A DNA stretch of 24,000 nucleotides from Youngiibacter fragilis 232.1 (lineage in GTDB: Bacteria; Bacillota; Clostridia; Clostridiales; Clostridiaceae): the NCBI RefSeq assembly GCF_000495435.3, contig NZ_AXUN02000113.1, positions 2,828-26,827 on the forward strand, in the 5' to 3' direction. The notes below the pieces were generated by a model. That model did not search any database and was not told the DNA's origin. It worked only from the letters and a program-made list of their open reading frames with translations. The translations under genes were made by a program, and so were the position numbers. Positions 16,811 through 24,000 of this stretch are shown here, in pieces. Position 1 is the stretch's first letter. The number at the start of each line of letters is the position of its first letter.

Positions 16811-16839
16811 TTGACAACTGAACATGGTCATATAATAAT
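16811..16839 (+). promoter_or_regulatory. Candidate internal promoter upstream of the second nucleoside phosphorylase
   Basis: A perfect TTGACA (16811-16816) and a perfect TATAAT (16831-16836) are only 14 bp apart. The alternative is TTGACA-N17-AATAAT. The spacing is suboptimal in either reading. Confidence 0.35.
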
Positions 16840-16857
16840 GTGTAATGGAGGATAACA

Positions 16858-17631
16858 ATGCAGGATAATCAGAAGATGATGCATATAGCCCTTTCAAAGG
16901 ACCAGGTAGGCAAGTACGCCTTCCTGCCGGGGAGTCCTGAAAGGGTTCCAAGAATTGCCGCTTTCCTGAGAGATTCAGAAAAGGTCGCGCAGAACAGGGA
17001 GCATACCAGTTACAGGGGTTATATCGGTGATACCCCTGTTATGGTGGTCTCCACAGGAATGGGAGGTCCTTCAACCGCGATATGCCTTGAGGAGCTCGTC
17101 AAGCTCGGAGTGACTACCTTCATAAGGATAGGCACCTGCGCCTCCACATCTGCACTCGTCGAGCGCGGTGACATAGTGATACCAACAGGTGCGGTCAGGA
17201 TGGAAGGGACCTCTTCGCACTACCTTCCCCTTGAATACCCATCTGTACCTGACTATTCCCTTGTTAAGAAGATAGAGGAGGCGGCAATCGCGCAGGGTTT
17301 CAGGTACAACACGGGAGTAACGATAACAAAGGATTCCTTCTATACGCAGACTGAACCTGAGACAAGGCCTATCGGCTATGAGCTCATTAACAAATGGACT
17401 GCATATGAAAAGGGCGGGGCCACCAGCACAAGCATGGAGGAAGCACTGCTGTTCATAGCAGCCACAAGCCTTGGAGTCAGGGCTGCCTCGGCACTCATTT
17501 CAGCTACGAACTACAAGAGCTACGACCAGGACAATATACTGTCACCCCTGGAAATTGAGAAGAGGGTGATAATTACAGGTGTGGAAGCCATGAGATTGGT
17601 AATAGAGGAAGACAAGAGAAAATCCAGGTAG
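16858..17631 (+). CDS. Nucleoside phosphorylase, PNP_UDP_1 / uridine phosphorylase family (second paralog)
   Basis: LPGSPERVPRIA...NREH...STGMGGPSTAICLEELVKLG...FIRIGT is Udp-like. The FYPGQER segment is FYTQTEP here (from 17338). GGAGGA RBS. Confidence 0.85.
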   Translation: MQDNQKMMHIALSKDQVGKYAFLPGSPERVPRIAAFLRDSEKVAQNREHTSYRGYIGDTPVMVVSTGMGGPSTAICLEELVKLGVTTFIRIGTCASTSALVERGDIVIPTGAVRMEGTSSHYLPLEYPSVPDYSLVKKIEEAAIAQGFRYNTGVTITKDSFYTQTEPETRPIGYELINKWTAYEKGGATSTSMEEALLFIAATSLGVRAASALISATNYKSYDQDNILSPLEIEKRVIITGVEAMRLVIEEDKRKSR

Positions 17632-17657
17632 TGGCATAATCTATAGCAAATAAGGAT

Positions 17658-18461
17658 GTGTTTGAATTGGCACAGGTCACTTCAGTAACGGAAAAAGAAA
17701 GGAAGCTTCCTTTGTTCGTGGCTGCATACGAGACTATGTACAACAGGATAAAGGATGGGACGTATAAGCCCGGGGATAAGCTGCCAAGCGAAAGTGAGTT
17801 GTCTGTCGAGCTTGCGATAAGCAGAGGCACTCTAAGACAGGCTATGCTTCTACTTCAGGAGGACGGCCTTATAATGAACTATAAGGGTAAGGGAAGCTTT
17901 GTACTTGAAACAAACAAGGAACTGAGCACAGGGATAGAGAAGATCGTAAATCCCCTGATAACATGCAGCATCCAGCCCATTGACAAGGTAGTTACCGAGA
18001 TGCACTTCCAGCCGGCTACAGAACCTCATAAGAAGTTGTTTGACCTTCCTCAGTCATCGCTTGTATCCCGGGCTGAGTTCTCATACTTCATAAAGGACAA
18101 GGTAGTTGGATTCGCGCTGGTATTCATGCCTTATGACCTTCTGGTTGAGAACGGGGTGGCAATAGACGACAATGACGAGATTCACAGGTTCTACAACAGC
18201 TTTCTCACAACTGAAAGACTCAGCTGTGAAAGTGTACTGAGGATGGGATTTGCCCGGAAGTTGACAGCTGATAAGATGCATATTAAGGAAAAGGAACCGA
18301 TCCTCATAATGGAGGAGACATTCTATATGGGAAACCGGCCTTCAATGCAGCAGAAGATATTCTTCCTACCCGCGTACTATGAGTTGAAGATTCTAAGGTC
18401 AAATGACAGATATACCTCTAAGCAGGGTACACAGGGTCCGTTGTCATCTGATAAGCTCTAG
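17658..18461 (+). CDS. GntR-family transcriptional regulator (HutC-like)
   Basis: wHTH KLPSESELSVELAISRGTLRQAMLLLQEDGLIMNYKGKGSFV. Same position in the module as 3156-3899. The GTG start is uncertain by a few codons. Confidence 0.8.
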   Translation: MFELAQVTSVTEKERKLPLFVAAYETMYNRIKDGTYKPGDKLPSESELSVELAISRGTLRQAMLLLQEDGLIMNYKGKGSFVLETNKELSTGIEKIVNPLITCSIQPIDKVVTEMHFQPATEPHKKLFDLPQSSLVSRAEFSYFIKDKVVGFALVFMPYDLLVENGVAIDDNDEIHRFYNSFLTTERLSCESVLRMGFARKLTADKMHIKEKEPILIMEETFYMGNRPSMQQKIFFLPAYYELKILRSNDRYTSKQGTQGPLSSDKL

Positions 18462-18504
18462 AATCACACAAGTCAATATTCAGTTTGAAGAAATAATGGA
18501 TTGA

Positions 18505-18804
18505 AGGAGCAATATCTATCCAGGTAAGGAACAGGAAATGCTGATTGCAAGGACTATCGGGAGTTCAAGGTTCGTATACAACCATATCCTGGAACTTTGG
18601 AACAAGGAACATGAGGATACCTTCCACTGTATAAACTGCTCACCTCAACATAAGAACCTTAACCAGAAAACCTGGCTGAACCATGAAGTCTGCATACTAA
18701 GCAATGCAGCGAAGCACAGCATGAAGGTCGACGTGTTCATAGGTCCCGTGTTCTGTTCAGATACATTGAACGATGTATATTTACTGCATATTTATTGCAT
18801 TTAA
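18505..18804 (+). pseudogene. N-terminal remnant of an IS200/IS605-family TnpB (OrfB) gene
   Basis: The in-frame translation from 18505 reads RSNIYPGKEQEMLIARTIGSSRFVYNHILELWNK...KTWLNHEV. This matches the characteristic TnpB N-terminus (YRIYPxxEQxxLIxxxFGxxRFVYN...WLKEV). It lacks the first residues and everything beyond about 90 aa. Confidence 0.6.
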
Positions 18805-18807
18805 TGG

Positions 18808-18837
18808 TTGACAAGCCACATCTACGTGGAATACAAT
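18808..18837 (+). promoter_or_regulatory. Sigma-A promoter of the T-box controlled operon
   Basis: TTGACA (18808-18813), an 18-bp spacer, then TACAAT (18832-18837), directly upstream of the T-box leader. Confidence 0.65.
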
Positions 18838-18861
18838 TAGCGAAAGAATTGAATCAATAGA

Positions 18862-19107
18862 AACCTTTGAGGCAGAGGAAAATCAGAATGCACCTTTTAG
18901 AGAGCGGGAGATGGTGGAAATCTCGCAGGAAGCACTGAACAATATGGACTGCTGAGGTTGGCGTCAAATGCGCCGACGCAAGACTGCGTTATTGGTCGGG
19001 GATATGTATGTATCCTTTTGAGATGGTTCATATGAACCTAAGCAAGGTGGCACCGCGCAAAGTATTCGCCCTTGGTCTGTTTTAGGCAGACCAGGGGCGT
19101 TTTGTTA
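18862..19107 (+). promoter_or_regulatory. T-box riboswitch leader, specifier read as UGG (tRNA-Trp)
   Basis: K-turn at the Stem I base: CC-UUU-GA-GGCAG (18864-18875) pairs with CUGCU-GA-GG (18949-18957). AG bay AGAGAG (18899-18904) and distal loop GGUGGAA (18913-18919). The specifier loop ends ..AAUA-UGG-A, with UGG at 18945-18947. T-box sequence AAGGUGGCACCGCG, with a 7-nt UGGCACC bulge (19048-19054) in an antiterminator that competes with the terminator. Confidence 0.85.
19067..19107 (+). terminator. Intrinsic terminator of the T-box leader
   Basis: 13-bp stem CGCCCTTGGTCTG / CAGACCAGGGGCG (19067-19079 / 19087-19099) with a 7-nt loop, followed by TTTTGTTATT. Its 5' arm is shared with the antiterminator helices. 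Confidence 0.85.
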
Positions 19108-19126
19108 TTCAGGGGGGATGCAGGGT

Positions 19127-20065
19127 ATGAAGTCAGGTGGAAAAATTGTAATTCTGGGAGCGGGTCATGTCGGGTCACATTGTGGTATGGCATTGGCCTG
19201 GCGAGGTATCTGTCAGGAAGTAGTCCTAGTGGACAAGAATGAGAAAAAGGCGGCTGCACAGGCAATGGACATATCTGATGCATTAACCTTTCCGCCAAGC
19301 GCAGCAGTTGTACGGCAGGGTTCATACTCTGATTGTGCTGATGCAGATATAGTGGTAATAGCAATAGGGGAGCCAAGGCTTCCGGGTCAGACAAGACTGG
19401 ATCTTCTTGAAAGCTCTGCAAGGATGCTCAGGGAGCTGACAGAAACCCTTAAGCCTATAGGAATAGGGGGAGTGGTGGTAACCATAACGAATCCTGCAGA
19501 CATCGCCGCATACTATGTGCGTCGTGAACTTGATCTCCCCAGGGAGAGGGTATTCGGTACCGGAACACTGCTTGATACAGCGAGGCTTGTAAAGACCATA
19601 TCAGAGAAGAGTGGAGTCTTCAGGGGAGCCATCAGCGCTTTCTCAATGGGAGAGCATGGCGACTCATCAATGATCCCGTTTTCCCAGGTCAGGATAGGAG
19701 CACTTCCCCTTGACAGTTATCCCGGGCTTGATAAGGAGTATATTCTGGAACGAACCAGGATGACAGGTATGGACATCATAAACGGTAAGGACTCAACAGA
19801 GTTCGGAATCGGACAGGCACTTACAGCACTCTGTGCTTCCATACTGGGTGATGAAAGGCAGGTATTCCCGCTTTCGGTTCTGCTTGAGGGAGAATACGGA
19901 CAAAGGGATGTCAATTGCGGTGTCCCATGTGTTGTTGGACGAAACGGCATCGAATCGATTGTTGAGCTGCCGCTGACCTCTGAGGAGCAGGCTCAGCTTG
20001 ATGCTTCCTGCGATATAATAAGAAGACATATTGAAAAGGCCTGCAACCAGCATAAGGTCATATAA
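19127..20065 (+). CDS. L-lactate/malate dehydrogenase family 2-hydroxyacid dehydrogenase (specificity uncertain; Arg at the LDH Gln102 position)
   Basis: Rossmann KIVILGAGHVGS and VLVD. Active-site loop IGEPRLPGQTRLDLL, plus GTGTLLDTARL and GEHGDS (catalytic His). I prefer the ATG at 19127 (the G-rich RBS at 19112-19117 is 9 nt upstream) over 19118, which abuts the RBS. Confidence 0.8.
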   Translation: MKSGGKIVILGAGHVGSHCGMALAWRGICQEVVLVDKNEKKAAAQAMDISDALTFPPSAAVVRQGSYSDCADADIVVIAIGEPRLPGQTRLDLLESSARMLRELTETLKPIGIGGVVVTITNPADIAAYYVRRELDLPRERVFGTGTLLDTARLVKTISEKSGVFRGAISAFSMGEHGDSSMIPFSQVRIGALPLDSYPGLDKEYILERTRMTGMDIINGKDSTEFGIGQALTALCASILGDERQVFPLSVLLEGEYGQRDVNCGVPCVVGRNGIESIVELPLTSEEQAQLDASCDIIRRHIEKACNQHKVI

Positions 20066-20087
20066 CTGATTTGAAGGAGTGAAGAAA

Positions 20088-21116
20088 ATGAGATTAAATG
20101 GAAAGATTATCAGCTTAACCTTAATGACAGCAATGGTGACCATGCTTTTTGCCGGGTGCGCCGGTAAGAGTTCAACTGAAACCACCGCACCTTCCGCCAA
20201 GACACCCGAAAAGATTCGTGTCGCTATAGTGCAGCCACTTAGCCATACGTCGCTTGACCAGATCAGGGAGACCATAGTCTCTGAGCTGGAAGCCTCAGAT
20301 GTAGAGTTTGAAATCACAACACTGAACGCCAACGGAGACACATCCTCCCTGTCCACGATCCTCACCAACGAGAAGTCCAGGGGAGTTGATATTGTGGTTC
20401 CTATAGCCACTTCAACAGCCCAGAGCGCAAAGGTGGTATTTGACGGTTTAAAGACACCAATAGTATTCGCAGCAGTGTCTGATCCGGTTGCTGCAGGTCT
20501 TACAGGCGATGACAGCAAGAACATAACCGGCGTATCAAACAGCATACCGGCTGCAGAAATAGTTAAGCTTATTTCAAACTTCCAGCCGGACTTCAAGAAA
20601 ATCGGATTCCTGTATACCTCGAGCGAAGCTAACTCTGTGTCTACCATCAACAAAGCTAAGGAATACTGCGATGCAAACGGAATTTCATATGAGGAATCTT
20701 CAATAGCAACACTCAGCGACCTTCAGAGTGCAGTGAACAGTCTCCTTTCAAAGGGAGTGGATGTGCTTTATACAGGCAATGACAACAGTATAGCATCTGC
20801 TATGACAACCTACACTGACGCAGCCTACAGCAAGGGCGTACCAGTATACTGCGGTGCGGATTCAATGGTGGCTGACGGAGGCTTTGCGACGATCGGGGTA
20901 AACTACGTCCAGCTTGGACAGCAGGTTGCAGACATTGTGGTAAGGATCGCTGAAGGTGCAGAGCCTTCTGAGATACCATACGAGACTTTGAGTGAGTACG
21001 CAAAGTTCATCAACATGCAGGCTGCTGACAGATTAAGCTTCGAGCTTACAGATAAGATGCTTGAAGGCTTCAGGGTTTTGGTTGAGCAGGACGGAACCAG
21101 CCACTTCGGAAAGTGA
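20088..21116 (+). CDS. ABC transporter substrate-binding lipoprotein (ABC_sub_bind / COG2984, TrpX-like)
   Basis: Signal peptide with lipobox FAGC (Cys codon 20157-20159). An AGGAG lies 8 nt upstream of the ATG at 20088; the ORF-track GTG at 20079 overlaps the RBS. Family features: IVQPLSHTSLD, PIATSTAQ and FAAVSDPV. Confidence 0.8.
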   Translation: MRLNGKIISLTLMTAMVTMLFAGCAGKSSTETTAPSAKTPEKIRVAIVQPLSHTSLDQIRETIVSELEASDVEFEITTLNANGDTSSLSTILTNEKSRGVDIVVPIATSTAQSAKVVFDGLKTPIVFAAVSDPVAAGLTGDDSKNITGVSNSIPAAEIVKLISNFQPDFKKIGFLYTSSEANSVSTINKAKEYCDANGISYEESSIATLSDLQSAVNSLLSKGVDVLYTGNDNSIASAMTTYTDAAYSKGVPVYCGADSMVADGGFATIGVNYVQLGQQVADIVVRIAEGAEPSEIPYETLSEYAKFINMQAADRLSFELTDKMLEGFRVLVEQDGTSHFGK

Positions 21117-21123
21117 GTGAGGG

Positions 21124-22071
21124 ATGATGTACGCTGACATGCTCATTTCTGCCCTTGGCCAGGGGATAATATATGCCCCTATGGCATTGGGGATTTTCAT
21201 AGCCTTCAGGATCCTCAACACACCGGACCTGACAACAGACGGAAGCTTTGTATTCGGTATGGCGGTCTGCGCCATGGTGACAATTGCGGGACATCCGATC
21301 ATAGGAATCCTTGCAGGAATTGCTGCCGGTATGGGAGCAGGGCTCGTAACCGGATTCCTTCAGACAACATTCAAGATAAATCCAATACTTTCTGGAATAC
21401 TGACCATGACAGGTCTGTATACGGTAAATTATGCTGTTCTTGGAGGTCAGTCCAACAGGTACCTCCAGAGCATGGTAATCAACAAGAGCGGTGTGGAAGC
21501 ACCGGTATCCAGCAGGACAATCTACAAGATGGTTTCATTTTCAGAGAATGGGGCAGTATCGGAACTTATCCTGTCTGTGATCATCGTTGTCATACTGGTC
21601 GTCATACTGGCTGTATTCTTCAAGACCAGGCCAGGACTTGCCCTTCGGGCGACAGGCGACAATGAGGAGATGGTAAGGACCTCCTCCATCAATGCGAACC
21701 TCACGAGGAGAATGGGGATAATGCTGGCCAACGGACTTGTAGCTTTGTCAGGAGCCATGCTCTGCCAGCAGCAGAGATATGCTGACCTTGGCAACGGCAA
21801 TGGAATGCTAGTTGTCGGTTTGGCATCTGTAATCATCGGCCAGGCTATATTCGGGAAGCGTGGTGTGACGCTAAGCGTGATTTCAGCGGTCGTTGGTTCC
21901 GTGCTCTATAGGATAATACTGCAGGCTGCATACCAGATAGACATGCCAAGCTACACTGTAAAGCTGATTTCAGCGCTTATAGTTGCGATATCCCTTACAT
22001 TGCCTTTGGTCAAGGAAAAGATTGATGCCGGTAAGATGAGGAGATCAGGAGAAGGGAGGGTGAACAGATGA
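21124..22071 (+). CDS. ABC transporter permease (COG4120, TrpY-like)
   Basis: 315-aa polytopic membrane protein containing LRATGDNEEMVR, typical of this HAAT-like permease family. Its stop overlaps the ATPase start. Confidence 0.85.
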   Translation: MMYADMLISALGQGIIYAPMALGIFIAFRILNTPDLTTDGSFVFGMAVCAMVTIAGHPIIGILAGIAAGMGAGLVTGFLQTTFKINPILSGILTMTGLYTVNYAVLGGQSNRYLQSMVINKSGVEAPVSSRTIYKMVSFSENGAVSELILSVIIVVILVVILAVFFKTRPGLALRATGDNEEMVRTSSINANLTRRMGIMLANGLVALSGAMLCQQQRYADLGNGNGMLVVGLASVIIGQAIFGKRGVTLSVISAVVGSVLYRIILQAAYQIDMPSYTVKLISALIVAISLTLPLVKEKIDAGKMRRSGEGRVNR

Positions 22072-22889
22072 GCAGGCAGGAGAATACTGAAAGAAGCCAG
22101 CTTTCCATCATCCACCTGTCCAAGACATTCAATGCGGGAACTCCCAATAGGATGGTTGCCCTCGATGACTTTTCACTTGAAGTGCCAAAGGGTGAATTCA
22201 TAACCATTCTTGGATCAAATGGAGCAGGCAAATCAACCCTTTTCAATGCGATCCTGGGGAAATTCCTGCCTGACAGCGGCAGGATAATTCTTGACGGTGA
22301 TGATATAACATTCAAGAAGGACTACAAGCGTGCTGCAAACATCGGATGCCTTTATCAGAATCCATTGCGGGGAACCGCACCCAACATGACGATTGAAGAG
22401 AATCTTGCGCTCGCGTATACGAGGTATGCCTCGCGTTCATTCTTCGCCATACATAAAAAAGACTCGGAATACTTCCGTAAGCTTCTTGCTACTCTCGACC
22501 TTGGACTAGAGGACAGGATGAGGACCAAGATGGGACTGTTATCCGGAGGGCAGCGCCAGGCAGCGTCGCTGCTTATGGCAACTATAGCCAAGCCAAAGCT
22601 TCTGCTCCTTGATGAGCATACTGCAGCCCTTGATCCCGCAACCTCAAAAAAGGTTCTGGAGATCACAAACCGAATAATCATGGAAGACGGGCTGACAGCC
22701 ATGATGATCACCCACGACATGAATCAGGCCCTGTGTTTCGGTACACGTACCATAATGATGGATGCAGGCCGGATTGTCCTGGACATTACCGGGGAAGAAA
22801 GGAGCAGAATGACTCCAAGATCCTTATCTGAACTCTTCTCAAACAAATCCGGGCACCTTCTGTCTGACAGGAGCATGCTTTCGATTTAA
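22068..22889 (+). CDS. ABC transporter ATP-binding protein (COG1101, TrpZ-like)
   Basis: Walker A GSNGAGKST, signature LSGGQRQA, Walker B LLLLDEHTAALD and H-loop ITHD. ATGA overlap with the permease stop. Confidence 0.9.
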   Translation: MSRQENTERSQLSIIHLSKTFNAGTPNRMVALDDFSLEVPKGEFITILGSNGAGKSTLFNAILGKFLPDSGRIILDGDDITFKKDYKRAANIGCLYQNPLRGTAPNMTIEENLALAYTRYASRSFFAIHKKDSEYFRKLLATLDLGLEDRMRTKMGLLSGGQRQAASLLMATIAKPKLLLLDEHTAALDPATSKKVLEITNRIIMEDGLTAMMITHDMNQALCFGTRTIMMDAGRIVLDITGEERSRMTPRSLSELFSNKSGHLLSDRSMLSI

Positions 22890-22938
22890 GTGCCTTATTG
22901 TTTCGCATGGATGGGTTTCCTGCTTGACACATAATATT

Positions 22939-22987
22939 TTATCCAGGCTATGCTGATTAGTTAAATCAGCATAGCCTGGATAATTTC
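22939..22987. terminator. 20-bp perfect hairpin, bidirectional terminator between convergent operons
   Basis: TTATCCAGGCTATGCTGATT (22939-22958), loop agtta, AATCAGCATAGCCTGGATAA (22964-22983), then TTTCGTT. Every position pairs by hand. Confidence 0.8.
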
Positions 22988-23069
22988 GTTGGAAGATCTT
23001 AAAAACCATCGTGCAGAGTCAGCTTAACCAATAATCCTGTATGCTCGGGGAAGATTGAAGCCTTGTTTC

Positions 23070-24000
23070 CTAGATCGCACCGACAATCCTATGAGGTATG
23101 TAAGGCTCTTCAAGGTAAGCTATATCATCAGCGGTCAGCTTGACGTTCAAGGCTCCTGCCGCATCATCGAAATACTTTGCCTTGGTTGCTCCTATTATTG
23201 GGGCAGTAACACCTTTTGCGAGGTGCCAGGCAAGTGATACCTGGGTCATGGTTGCTCCATGCCTTTCAGCAAGCTCATGGACACGCTGTACTATGGCATA
23301 ATCCGTTTCCTGGGTGCTGTCATACTTGGAGACTGCTGTCTTGTCGGTCTGGCTGCGCTTCGTCTCCGCGTTCCATTCAAGGCGTGAGAGCCTGCCGGCA
23401 GCAAGAGGGCTGTAGGGAGTAAGGGCAACGTTCATCTGACGGCAGATTGGGATCATCTCCCTCTCATCCTCACGGTAAAGCAGATTGTAGTGGTTCTGCA
23501 TTGAAGAGAAGGGTGTCCATCCGTTCTTGTCTGCCGCGACCTGCATGTTGTGGAACTGATATCCATACATTGCCGATGCTCCAAGGGCCCTTACCTTGCC
23601 TGCCTTTACAATGCTGTCCAGGGCTTCCATGGTCTCCTCTATGGGAGTTCCATAATCGAACCTGTGTATGATGTAGAGGTCGAGATAATCGGTGCCAAGC
23701 CTTTTTAGGGAAAGGTCGATTTCCCGCTGGATCGCCTGCCTTGACAGCTTGCCTTCATTGAAGTAGACCTTTGTGGCAAGGACAACCTTGTCACGGGCTA
23801 CATTGTTTTTTATCGCACGTCCCAAATACTCCTCGCTGGTGCCTCCAGAATAGGTGTTGGCGGTGTCAAAGAAATTGATCCCTAAATCGAGCGCACGTTT
23901 TACGAGCTCCTCGCTGTCCTCAGCATTAAGGGTCCATGCGTGGAAGTTGGAGCCTGGGTCACCGAAGCTCATGCATCCTACACAAAGGCGAGAAACCATC
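23070..24000 (-). CDS. Aldo/keto reductase (partial; the N-terminus lies beyond the window end)
   Basis: GCMSFG..., DTANTYSGGTSEEYLGRAI, VVLATKV, DLYIIHRFD and a C-terminal IIGATK...L are AKR hallmarks. The reading frame is still open at base 24000, and about 10-15 residues usual in the family are missing. Confidence 0.85.
   Translation of the reverse strand, partial: MVSRLCVGCMSFGDPGSNFHAWTLNAEDSEELVKRALDLGINFFDTANTYSGGTSEEYLGRAIKNNVARDKVVLATKVYFNEGKLSRQAIQREIDLSLKRLGTDYLDLYIIHRFDYGTPIEETMEALDSIVKAGKVRALGASAMYGYQFHNMQVAADKNGWTPFSSMQNHYNLLYREDEREMIPICRQMNVALTPYSPLAAGRLSRLEWNAETKRSQTDKTAVSKYDSTQETDYAIVQRVHELAERHGATMTQVSLAWHLAKGVTAPIIGATKAKYFDDAAGALNVKLTADDIAYLEEPYIPHRIVGAI

Noticed and set aside
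233-16951. Many other 60-210 aa ORFs antisense to or overlapping the transporter and enzyme genes (for example 233-691, 5749-6312, 6927-7496, 9714-10241, 12757-13392, 13755-14345 and 15854-16324 on the minus strand; 8547-8738 and 12064-12279 on the plus strand)
   Set aside because: Each is nested in a gene with clear family motifs on the other frame or strand, and none has an RBS or a motif of its own. The similar peptides in 5188-5562(-) and 6390-6680(-) merely mirror the paralogous hydrolase N-termini.
1-18461. Idea that the two transporter-phosphorylase-GntR modules are a recent segmental duplication or assembly artefact
   Set aside because: Protein identity is only around half in the segment I counted, and nucleotide sequences differ throughout. 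These are old paralogs.
19793-20653. 286-aa minus-strand ORF, the longest antisense ORF in the track
   Set aside because: It lies entirely antisense to the well-supported LDH-like and lipoprotein genes. It has no RBS, no recognisable domain and a low-complexity Ser/Thr/Ala-rich composition typical of shadow frames.
1-24000. CRISPR arrays, tRNA/rRNA genes, intact transposases/integrases, toxin-antitoxin or known defence-system genes
   Set aside because: I looked for short regularly spaced repeats, cloverleaf-like segments and characteristic protein motifs on both strands. None was found apart from the TnpB relic.

Overview
The window looks like a Firmicutes-type chromosome segment: strong AGGAGG ribosome-binding sites, lipoprotein lipoboxes and a T-box leader. 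Genes are densely packed and almost all on the + strand. There are four blocks. (1) 1-10860 is a nucleoside uptake and catabolism locus. It holds the tail of a BMP/Nup-type ABC importer (ATPase C-terminus and two permeases), a uridine-phosphorylase-family enzyme, a GntR/HutC regulator, an 8-oxoguanine-deaminase-like amidohydrolase, two tandem nucleoside hydrolases and ribokinase. After a 173-bp gap come a YjjI-family glycyl radical enzyme and its translationally coupled YjjW-type radical-SAM activase. (2) 10964-11686 on the - strand encodes a Crp/Fnr-family regulator with only two cysteines. It is followed by a 429-bp AT-rich control region. (3) 12116-18461 is a second, complete and diverged paralogous module: BMP lipoprotein, double ATPase, two permeases, nucleoside phosphorylase and GntR. 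(4) A short TnpB (IS605 OrfB) N-terminal relic sits at 18505-18804. It is followed by a promoter and a T-box leader whose specifier I read as UGG (Trp). That leader controls an L-LDH-family dehydrogenase and a TrpXYZ-type ABC transporter, which end at a 20-bp perfect hairpin facing a convergent, partial aldo-keto reductase. The most interesting item is the function-unknown YjjI/YjjW radical enzyme pair embedded in a nucleoside-degradation locus. I saw no CRISPR array, rRNA or tRNA gene, or intact mobile element.
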